Below, in pieces: positions 47,628 through 55,264 of a DNA stretch of 55,264 nucleotides (position 1 is the first letter of the stretch; each line of letters opens with the position of its first letter). This DNA comes from a virus (lineage: Duplodnaviria; Caudoviricetes), in the IMG/VR virus record IMGVR_UViG_3300042546_000342, positions 1 through 55,264 of that record, one strand, 5' to 3'. The position numbers and the translations under genes were made by a program. The notes under the pieces were generated by a model. The model did no database searches, had not been told where the DNA came from, and worked only from the letters and a program-made list of their open reading frames with translations.

Positions 47628-50000
47628 TGTTGTAGTTTTATGATTAAAATAGTTAGTTCGTTGTCGGTCATTGTAGCCTTTAGTTCTTCGGCTAGGTTGA
47701 TGATTTCTTGTGGTGTCATGTTTATATATTTTCGGTGAAGTAAATATCGAAACATTTTTCTTGGAAACATACCCCTATCCTCGCCCCGTGTTTCTCCGCT
47801 TTTTGGATTGTTTTTATTAAGTTGGTGCTATTTATCCAAAATTGTTTTCTTGGGTATGCTCTATAAAAAAATCCTCCGTTTATATACTTTGATGTCGAAA
47901 GGTGAGGGGTGTAGTTGTCCCCGAAGATGTTCTCAATGATTTGTAGCTTGTTCATATTTTAGTTTTTAGGATTTGAGATAATTGGTATCGGTACTTCATA
48001 AGTAATACTCCGCAAAGTGAAGCAATAAAAATTAGTTTTACAAGTAGTTTTGTCATTTTAACAGTTTTTAGATTGTTTGATATTTCAATATTGCTTCTTT
48101 CTGCTCCCAATGTTCTAAAATATAGTCCCATTGTGGGGCGTTGAGTATGAAGTTTGCAGACACTAGGAACGCAAAGTTTTCATAGTTACTTCCAAAAAGA
48201 AATTCTTTTGGGTACATAGGGTAGATTATTTTGTAGAATATATCTTCCGTGCTATTTGAGTAGTCAAATTTTTTGATGGTCATAGTTTTCAGTTTTTAAG
48301 ATGAGAAAATCGCAATGAGTAAAATAATGACTAGCAAGAATAGCGTGTAGTCTGTCGTTGGTTTGGTTTTCATATCTAGTTTTTAGGGTGAATAATTTTT
48401 GATGCTGTGATGTACCCATGAAGCCAATGGTTCATGTTGGTGTAGTCGAGTGTCGGGCTGATGGTGTTTTTACCTAGCTGTGCGAAGTATTTAGACAATT
48501 TTTTGCGCCTGTCGGTGCTGATACGCTCGTGAATGGATAGGCTGACGGAGGACGCTGCGTTTTGGAGTGTTTCTAGTTCGGTCATATTTTTAGTTTTTTG
48601 AGATTACATTTTGACCAAGTGTATTGACTTTCTTCGGTTTCCACGTTATCGTTGCTATTTACTCGAATAACGGTTTGAGTGTCGCCACTTGCTGTTAATA
48701 CTTTGTCGCCTTTTTCTAGTTTTTGGTTCATACCTGCAACGGAGGCGGAATAAGGGATTAATGTTTTCATGTCTAGTTTTCTATTAGTTTTATGGCTTCT
48801 CTAATAAATTCGACTACTTCTTTGCCCCCGATTAGGTAGTTGCCGTCAGCGTCATAAATGTACGCTCTGAATTTAGTCGTTACCGAGTTAGTGAGTTGAA
48901 ATTCTTTTTCTTTCTCGAAAATGTAGTCAATAATGGCTTTTTTTAGTTCTTTTCTCATGGTTTTTAGTTTTTGGGATTTAAAATGAAATTTCTTTCAAGA
49001 AAATAATTTAATTCTCTGTTGCTTAACTCCCTGTTTAATTCAAAAAATTTAGAGCGTTTGCTTTGGCTGTATTCTTTCATAATGTCTATTGAAAAACGCT
49101 TAAAGCCTCCCGCATTTTGTAGTTTTTCTACTTCTTTTAATTCGGTTTTTGTTAAATGCAAAACAGAATTGTCTTTCTTTGTAGTGTTTGCGCTTAAAAT
49201 GATTTCGTAGATTTTCATAGTTTTAGTTTTTAGTAGTTCAAATATTTTTTAGGTGTTTTATTGTACATGATTATATTATGTCCACTTTGCCAAGAATTTA
49301 TGAAAAACTCTTTTATAATTGTAGTTTTTTTGTCTTTAGCTGTGCATATTACTATCCCCAATCCTAGTACACCCTCTTCTATTGTGGTCACATTTCCTCC
49401 TATTTCTATGTATTTGGAAATTAGTTTTTCGCAATCTGATAATGAATAATTTGAGTTTTTCATGGCTGTTTTTAGTTTTTATAAGTTAAAAATTTTGCGT
49501 AGGTCAATTTGTTGTGGGGCTTCTGCTTTTTCAATATTCAGTTTTACCCATTTGAACGCCTCGTCTGCCGTTGTGTTTTCGCTCAATCTTGTGCCAAATA
49601 AGGGCATTTTGTCTTTGTTTCGATAGATACTAAGGCTTATGGTTTTATCGTCTTCATTAGCCTTCTTTTTTACCGTGTAAACGGCTGTTAATGTTGTGAT
49701 TTTCATAAATTGGTATTTTTAAGGGTTTGCAAATATTTTTTGTGACTTCTGCGCTTGATTATGTCTAAATTATAGCCGATGTTTTCGAGTTCAGTTTTTA
49801 GGTCTAAATACTCGGACGGTGAGGCGGGGCGGGTAAAGGTGTTTATTTGCCAAGTTGCTCCGCTGTGTTGTCCGTTATGCGCATAGCTTAGAACAGTATT
49901 TCTGCCCTCTATTTCGTACGGGAAGACGGCTATAATCTCGCCTTTTAGTTTTCTAAATTGTACGGCTGTTTTGTGGGTGTCTTTCATGGCTTTTGTTTTT
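47624..50000 (-). other. Cluster of tightly packed small hypothetical genes
   Basis: Track ORFs 47722-47955, 48068-48283, 48376-48585, 48582-48770, 48773-48958, 48964-49218, 49230-49463, 49479-49706, 49703-49987, plus microORFs 47624-47719, 47952-48056, 48296-48373. All on minus with A-rich leaders or ATGA overlaps. Confidence 0.7.
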
Positions 50001-50016
50001 AGGTTTATAAAATAGC

Positions 50017-50058
50017 ACGGGGAGGAGTTTCGCTCTCCTACGGCTTGCCCGTCCCCGT
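50017..50058 (-). other. GC-rich branched hairpin after ardA
   Basis: ACGGGGA/TCCCCGT closes two inner hairpins (GGAG/CTCC and CGG/CCG). Confidence 0.55.
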
Positions 50059-50063
50059 TTTGT

Positions 50064-50630
50064 TTAGTGATTAAGGAAAAAATAAATAGTTCCGTCCTCG
50101 TCTGTTGCTGTGTTGTAATCGTAACGGAGGGAGCAATTCCAAGAAGCGTCCCAATCTATACAAATCCAATTCGGGAGATTTGCGGGAATTTCTCCGCACT
50201 CTTCTGCCATACGTTGCGCAAAATCTGCTTCGCTGTCTGCTGTGCCGTGAAAAGCGTCTTGAGCGTCCGAAAGTTCAATGTCTGAAATATTGTAGCCCGT
50301 TGCATCTGCGTACATTTCAACAATTTTTTGGTCGTGTTCGTCCATGTTTATAAATTCAAAAAGTTTTTCTATTGTTTGTTTGTCGTAACTTTCGCAATAA
50401 AAACACTTCGGGAAGTCCTCAAAATCGGTAAACATTATCTCCTCTCTAGGGCTGTCTAGTGGACTTTTTTTGTCTGCTTCTGCGAAATGGTTTTCGATGT
50501 ACTCAAAAAATTCATCTGCGTTTGAAAATTGGCAAAGGTCAACCCAATGCCCAAACTCAAATTGAGTTCCATTGTTATAGCTTGCATAATCAGTTAAAAA
50601 TAGTTTTGGTTCTGTTGTTGTTGTGTTCAT
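50064..50630 (-). CDS. ardA: Antirestriction protein ArdA-like (DNA mimic)
   Basis: YASYNNG...GHWVDL, E..FTDFEDFP, G.ADSEADFA, IP..L...IDW; very acidic; first gene after TATATTTG (minus, 50686-50693). Confidence 0.85.
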   Translation of the reverse strand: MNTTTTEPKLFLTDYASYNNGTQFEFGHWVDLCQFSNADEFFEYIENHFAEADKKSPLDSPREEIMFTDFEDFPKCFYCESYDKQTIEKLFEFINMDEHDQKIVEMYADATGYNISDIELSDAQDAFHGTADSEADFAQRMAEECGEIPANLPNWICIDWDASWNCSLRYDYNTATDEDGTIYFFLNH

Positions 50631-50720
50631 GGTTTTTGTTTTTAGTAGTTTTAAATAGTGTATAAAGTATTACTTTTTGATGATGCAAATATATGTTTTA
50701 ATAATTCAGACTTCCAAACA

Positions 50721-50802
50721 TATACCACAAAAAGATTTGTTAAAAATTATTTAGGCGAAAAATAGCTTGATTATCAATACTTTGTGAAGCTATACCACAA
50801 AA
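50721..50802. repeat. 12-bp direct repeat TATACCACAAAA, 70 bp apart
   Basis: Copies at 50721-50732 and 50791-50802, upstream of the ardA promoter. Confidence 0.6.
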
Positions 50803-50918
50803 TAAAAATGTTCAGCAAACGTGAACAAGCGCAAAAAGTGAACAAAGATAGTCAAGGGAGGGAGGACGAGCGAAAAGGGAGCAATAAAAAAATAAACGAA
50901 ACGAAAAGTTAAAAAATG

Positions 50919-51374
50919 TTAATTTCCGTCAATGTATTTCAATCGTGCGTTCTTCGCTTGTTTCTGGGTGTCCTTCACTAGGTAACTATATGAGGAAATC
51001 AATTTTCGCCCTTTGTCCGTCAATTGGTGACACTTGCTAATTTTTCGGACGGTGTGCGTCAACATTGGGTTAAAGTCTACATACTCGATGAGCCCTTTTT
51101 CTCTTAATTCCTTAAATTGACTTGCCACATGGGATTTATGCAATAGCTCATAAAAGGCGGAGGGACGGGCGGGAATAAGGGACAAATTAAGTTGATGGAT
51201 TGAATAAAGCAGAGTAAATTGAATAATACTAATTTCAAGACGGTTTAAGGCAAAAAGGACGGCAAACAAATCTAAACCCAACGGCACTTTGTTTGACGTA
51301 GGAAACGCCCGAAAAGGGGTTTTATCATTATACAGACTTCTTATGTCCTTTACTATTCCTCTTCTCCCTCTCAT
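50919..51374 (-). CDS. Putative MarR-like winged-helix protein
   Basis: FKELREKGLIE...QLTDKGRKL wing motif. Confidence 0.55.
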   Translation of the reverse strand: MRGRRGIVKDIRSLYNDKTPFRAFPTSNKVPLGLDLFAVLFALNRLEISIIQFTLLYSIHQLNLSLIPARPSAFYELLHKSHVASQFKELREKGLIEYVDFNPMLTHTVRKISKCHQLTDKGRKLISSYSYLVKDTQKQAKNARLKYIDGN

Positions 51375-51469
51375 ATATATCTATAATTGTTCTATTATCT
51401 GTTTGTAAACGTTTGTTGTCGTTTATTTGTTGATTTCAATGGGTGTGTCATTACCTCACAAAAATAGCT

Positions 51470-51676
51470 TCAATTGCCTTGTTTTTGGTCATTTTCGGTT
51501 AAAAATAGGGTTATTTGTAGTATTTCGAGGAGTTTTTCCATATCCTTTAAAGATGTGAAGACGGTTTCTCCTTGCTCGAAGCGGTTATATTTCGCCCGTG
51601 TGAAGCCTAGTTTTTGGCTTATTTGTTCTTGCGTGTATCCTAGTTTTTTTCTTTGTTGCTTTATTTTTGTACGCAC
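51470..51676 (-). CDS. XRE/Cro-like HTH regulator
   Basis: IKQQRKKLGYTQEQISQKLGFTRAKYNRFEQG; GTG start lies inside one repeat copy. Confidence 0.85.
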   Translation of the reverse strand: MRTKIKQQRKKLGYTQEQISQKLGFTRAKYNRFEQGETVFTSLKDMEKLLEILQITLFLTENDQKQGN

Positions 51677-51744
51677 TGCTATTACATTTTGAGCAAATAT
51701 AGCGAATTAATCTAAATTTTGTACGCACTGCTATTACATTTTGA
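51665..51744. repeat. Perfect 28-bp direct repeat flanking the HTH promoter box (probable operators)
   Basis: TTTTGTACGCACTGCTATTACATTTTGA at 51665-51692 and 51717-51744; the 24-bp gap contains TATATTTG on minus (51694-51701). Confidence 0.85.
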
Positions 51745-51755
51745 TTGACGGGCAT

Positions 51756-51784
51756 AAAAAAGCCCCACTTTTTAGGGTGAGGCT
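51756..51784 (-). terminator. Intrinsic terminator
   Basis: Minus strand AGCCTCAC-CCTAAAAA-GTGGGGCT followed by TTTTT. Confidence 0.8.
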
Positions 51785-51803
51785 GTCTGGTTTGTGGCTT
51801 GGT

Positions 51804-52085
51804 TTACTTTGTGGCTTTGTCAATTGCTTGTTGGATTATCTCTCTAACCGTTAATGCGTCTTTGCGCTCTTGGTTGATTAATTTTCTTGCTGCTTTCAAC
51901 GCTTCGAGCAAGTCGGGCGCACTAGATATGAGTTTTGCATTGGCTTCGTTCTCCTCGCTTGGTTCGCCCCGTTTGGGGTCAATTAAAGCTATTATTTTAC
52001 GGCTGTCTTGTGTGTCGGTTACTTTGTGAGCGTATATTGTTAGCCCACTGTATTTCCATTGTCCGTCTGTGTGTTTTGTTTTCAT
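51804..52085 (-). CDS. Small phage protein, paralog of 47222-47488
   Basis: MKTKHTDGQW...EANAKLISSAPDLLEAL. Confidence 0.7.
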   Translation of the reverse strand: MKTKHTDGQWKYSGLTIYAHKVTDTQDSRKIIALIDPKRGEPSEENEANAKLISSAPDLLEALKAARKLINQERKDALTVREIIQQAIDKATK

Positions 52086-52135
52086 GGTTTTGTTGGTTTA
52101 TTGGTTAAAAATATTGTTCCCTTTAGCGGGCGGGC

Positions 52136-52375
52136 TTATATGTTATTAAGTAGATTTTGAATTACTCTAATACAGTTCTCAAGTTCAGAAGATGTTTTGA
52201 AATTGCCAATTGTGGACACTATTCGCCCCGTCCCTACTTCTGAAAGATAGATTGTATTTGATACGTTGCGCCCGAATGAATAACCAATTTGGAGTTTATG
52301 TCCTTTGTTGGCTAATATACGGTTAATGTCTGATTTGTATTGACTACAAATTGAGTTTAGTTCTTTAGTGTTCAT
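52136..52375 (-). CDS. Hypothetical protein
   Basis: 79 aa after TATATTTG (minus, 52410-52417). Confidence 0.65.
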   Translation of the reverse strand: MNTKELNSICSQYKSDINRILANKGHKLQIGYSFGRNVSNTIYLSEVGTGRIVSTIGNFKTSSELENCIRVIQNLLNNI

Positions 52376-52801
52376 AGTTGTATTGTTTTTAGTGGTTAAT
52401 TAATGAGTGCAAATATAGGACATTCAAACATAACTAGGTAATACTTTTTGTTAATGAATGTTAAAGCATTTGTTAAAATTTAACGTAGTAAATATTGGAC
52501 AGTCAATGTAGTGTGTACCTTTTGCGCCCGTCTATCTTCGTCCGCTTCAATATCCTTGTGGCTTATATGCTGCGAATAGTTTACGGCTTTGCGCTTTTAG
52601 TTTATCATCTGTGCATATTCGGACGGCAAAAAATCAAAGCAAAATAAGGGATTGTTTAAACTTTCGGAGGGGTGTGGGTTCAGAAAGTTTGACTTGGAAA
52701 ATTCGTGCGCATGGGTATAGGAAAACATATCACTCACACAGACCTCCAACATATCGTAATTTTTAATTATACTCCCATATATAACTTTGTTTGTTCAATG
52801 G

Positions 52802-53062
52802 TTATGCTTTGGCGATTACCTTTCTTATTCGGTTATGGTGGAGTTCTATTTTGGTGTAGGTCTTTTCGTAGAACCCTGTGTGGGCGTTTATCTCGTAGTA
52901 TGGGTGTTTGTAGGATAGGATAGTTCCCAAGAATAGTTGGTTGTTGTATTCAAAGCTGACTATTGATTGATTGGGGATGATTTCCTTTTCGGGCGACTTG
53001 GTTCGGGCTATTACGACTATTGCTAGTATGGCTAGGATTGCTATGTAGATTAGTAGTATCAT
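52802..53062 (-). CDS. Membrane-anchored hypothetical protein
   Basis: N-terminal hydrophobic helix, 86 aa. Confidence 0.6.
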   Translation of the reverse strand: MILLIYIAILAILAIVVIARTKSPEKEIIPNQSIVSFEYNNQLFLGTILSYKHPYYEINAHTGFYEKTYTKIELHHNRIRKVIAKA

Positions 53063-53109
53063 TTTTCTCTAGGATTTTTGGATGGGGGTGGGTAAATAAA
53101 GATGGTAGG

Positions 53110-53361
53110 TTAGTCTTTTCTGTGTATGGGTGGCGGTGTAATGTAGGGGGTGCTATTGTCTTTTCCCGTGCGTGTCCTATTTTTTAGCCACTCGCTTCCT
53201 TGTTTGTTGGCTAGGTCGCAGAGTTTATCGGCTCTCTTAATCTGCTGATGCCAAGCTAGGGTGTCATTTTGGAAATCTTCGAGGAACTCGGATGCGAGGA
53301 AGAAGTCCCGTTCGCATAGCCATTCTGCTACTGCTTCTATTTGTTCTTGGGTTAGTTGCAT
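53110..53361 (-). CDS. Hypothetical protein
   Basis: 83 aa overlapping the upstream stop. Confidence 0.55.
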   Translation of the reverse strand: MQLTQEQIEAVAEWLCERDFFLASEFLEDFQNDTLAWHQQIKRADKLCDLANKQGSEWLKNRTRTGKDNSTPYITPPPIHRKD

Positions 53362-54014
53362 CCGAATAGTTGTTTAAGTTGTTGCCAATAGGTTAGTTCC
53401 TCTTTCCCCGCCTCTAGGTCGGTCTTTAAAAAAGAAATGACCATATCTTGATACTCTTTTGTTTTTACTTGGAGAGCAGTAAACTCTTCCAACAAAGTCA
53501 ATTTTTCTATTGACAATACTTCATTTCTTATCTCTAACGCCTCGCACCTTGCTTTTAGTTCGGTGTTTTCGGATAGCAACTTCATATTGGCATCACCAAG
53601 TTCAACCCTACGTTCCATACTTTCTTGATTGGCTTTTAATAAAGTTTTATGACGCTTCTTAAATTCAGCATTTTCTTTTTCAAGTTCTTGGTTTTCATTA
53701 AAGAACATTACTGCTAGTTCAATCTTGTCTTCTTTAGATTTCTTTTTCTTTTTTGGCGCAACCTTTCCATCATCTATCCATTCAAGGTCGGTTAGGATTT
53801 CGGCTTCACGACCTTTATAATCACAAGCTAACTCCCAAACAAACTCCCAAAACTCGCCACCCAATTCTGCGTCACTCCAATTTAACCACAATATAGCACT
53901 ACTAAGGTTTTTTATTTTCACGTTAGTGTTTATCCCTTGCCTCTCGCACTCCTCAATAAAACATAGTTTAATGTCCAATGGCAGATACTCCGCCCATTCT
54001 TTAGCTGTTTTCAT
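53352..54014 (-). CDS. Coiled-coil hypothetical protein
   Basis: Track ORF 53352-54056; ATG 54014 (MKTAKEW), just after the upstream stop, preferred. Confidence 0.6.
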   Translation of the reverse strand: MKTAKEWAEYLPLDIKLCFIEECERQGINTNVKIKNLSSAILWLNWSDAELGGEFWEFVWELACDYKGREAEILTDLEWIDDGKVAPKKKKKSKEDKIELAVMFFNENQELEKENAEFKKRHKTLLKANQESMERRVELGDANMKLLSENTELKARCEALEIRNEVLSIEKLTLLEEFTALQVKTKEYQDMVISFLKTDLEAGKEELTYWQQLKQLFGCN

Positions 54015-54016
54015 AG

Positions 54017-54265
54017 TTACATATTTTGGTCTAGAAGTTTTAATACGCCTAACCAATTTTCTTTGGTTTTGAAATAAACCTCCATTGTGGTCGCTCCTCC
54101 CTTCTCGTTCATTAGGTAGATGTCTAGTCCGTATAAGTTCACATCGTCTTTGTACGCATAGTATCCCTTAAAGTCTATTTGATTGAAGCAGAACATCACA
54201 TATCCGTCCACATAAACCTTTATGCGCCCGTTGTAAGTTGTAAATTCGTATTTGTGTGGTTTCAT
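54017..54265 (-). CDS. Hypothetical protein
   Basis: 82 aa, ATGA-coupled. Confidence 0.6.
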   Translation of the reverse strand: MKPHKYEFTTYNGRIKVYVDGYVMFCFNQIDFKGYYAYKDDVNLYGLDIYLMNEKGGATTMEVYFKTKENWLGVLKLLDQNM

Positions 54266-54792
54266 TTCTTTACTATGTTTAAGTGTTCAAGTAAGTCAAA
54301 GAATATTGATTGCTCCTTTTTCGGGGCGGGTGTCGCCATCTGCGTCAATGTTTTGATTGTTTCTTCTTGTAGCCTAATGGTTTCTTCTAGGTGGAATATG
54401 TCCGACTTTAAAACTTCGTTCTCCGCTTTGAGTGTTTTGATTACCTTAGAGTTTGTTGAAGATTTTTTTTCTTTTGGTGCTTCAACTAACTCTCCCCATT
54501 TTGGGGCATCTAGTACACTAGCTTCGGTCTGCCCCAACTCGTCAAGTACAATCGGTTTGGCGTTAGCACTAGGCGCAACAAGTTTATTTGGGATATAAAA
54601 ATACTCATCTAAATTTGATGTATCAAAAAAATGTTGACATTTTTGGTCATCAATAACCATAAACTCCCCACCAACGCTAGACTTTACGGTATAATATTTG
54701 CCGATAGTTAAAGATGGTTTAAAGTCAGAGGTCATCACGCACTCGTCTTTTGCCAACAATACATCACCAACTTTTAATTTGATTTTCTTCAT
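54262..54792 (-). CDS. Hypothetical protein (small beta domain plus coiled coil)
   Basis: LTIGKYYTV...VIDD...HFF N-terminal domain and heptad-rich C-terminus. Confidence 0.6.
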   Translation of the reverse strand: MKKIKLKVGDVLLAKDECVMTSDFKPSLTIGKYYTVKSSVGGEFMVIDDQKCQHFFDTSNLDEYFYIPNKLVAPSANAKPIVLDELGQTEASVLDAPKWGELVEAPKEKKSSTNSKVIKTLKAENEVLKSDIFHLEETIRLQEETIKTLTQMATPAPKKEQSIFFDLLEHLNIVKK

Positions 54793-54975
54793 AGTGTCTG
54801 ATTTAACCTATCAATTAATTTATCTGTGTGCTTCACGGCTTCCTCGTGTATGGTGTCGGTTGCGTAGCCTTGAGTTATCATTGCTGATAGGATAGTTGCC
54901 GCCATCATGCCTCTGTCGTAAGCAACTAATTTATCAAAAGTGTTAGTAGTTGTGTATGGGTATTCTATTGTCATC

Positions 54976-55191
54976 TCATTCTGATTTAAAGGTTTCGTTG
55001 TAGTAATTTTCTGCATCTTCATTACACCCTTGATTAAACTCGCCTTTATCATAAGCATCAATTATCTGCTCCTTTTCCATCTGTTTGGCTTGTCCAAATA
55101 TTAAATACCAATTAAACTTATCTTTAGGTGTTTCCCACAATTTCTCAAATAACCACTCTACTGCTGTTTGTTCAAGTGTTTTTTCATTCAT
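54976..55191 (-). CDS. Small phage protein, QTAVEWL...AK.MEKEQIIDAY family
   Basis: Motif pattern recalled from Bacteroidota phages; TACATTTG on minus at 55212-55219. Confidence 0.65.
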   Translation of the reverse strand: MNEKTLEQTAVEWLFEKLWETPKDKFNWYLIFGQAKQMEKEQIIDAYDKGEFNQGCNEDAENYYNETFKSE

Positions 55192-55264
55192 GTAATTTGA
55201 ATTTTATAACGCAAATGTAGGCATTAATCTTCTACCGTATCCTTAATTTTTGTTAATTTCTTTG

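Noticed and set aside
50017-50058. Hammerhead ribozyme
   Set aside because: GAAA is present but the CUGANGA core is absent.
50721-50802. DnaA boxes
   Set aside because: TATACCACA does not match the TTATNCACA consensus.
51665-51744. Mini CRISPR array (repeat-spacer-repeat)
   Set aside because: Only two copies, the 24-bp gap is a promoter, one copy overlaps a start codon, and there is no cas operon. Operators explain it better.
221-54895. Many antisense or alternate-frame track ORFs (e.g. 221-679, 1679-2236, 28828-29268, 41452-42003, 54179-54598)
   Set aside because: They are shadows of well-supported genes on the other strand, with no motifs or expression signals.
1-55264. Stop-codon reassignment as in some crAss-like phages
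   Set aside because: Long genes are intact in code 11, and TAG, TGA and TAA all end genes at sensible boundaries (e.g. capsid TAG before its terminator).

Overview
This window is most of a tailed-phage genome with a crAss-like (podovirus-type) structural module, very likely infecting a Bacteroidota host. Host inference: TAnnTTTG -7 promoter boxes precede many genes, and starts are A-rich without Shine-Dalgarno motifs. It uses the standard genetic code. Plus strand, 1-36.5 kb: portal (C-terminal part), scaffold-like protein, major capsid, fibre proteins, tail tube, muzzle, lysis cassette, terminase large subunit, three probable ejection proteins, a ferritin-like gene and a beta-helix spike. 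Plus strand, 36.6-43.8 kb: Cas4/RecB-like nuclease, SSB-like protein, primase-helicase and glycosyltransferases. Minus strand, 43.8-55.2 kb: a two-domain glycosyltransferase, a lone DnaA C-terminal domain and many small genes (ArdA, HTH, RHH). I saw no DNA polymerase, integrase, tRNA or recognisable virion RNA polymerase. Most interesting: (1) an array of nested inverted repeats at 45.93-46.94 kb with integron attC-like TAAC...GTTA geometry, genes both between and inside the sites, and one gene translated across a site; (2) five genes whose ATG is exactly 4 nt after the promoter box (probably leaderless); (3) two promoter-to-terminator structured ncRNA candidates; (4) an intein in a DnaQ-like nuclease; (5) a 28-bp direct repeat around an HTH promoter. 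All product calls come from motif recognition by eye and gene order, not from database searches.
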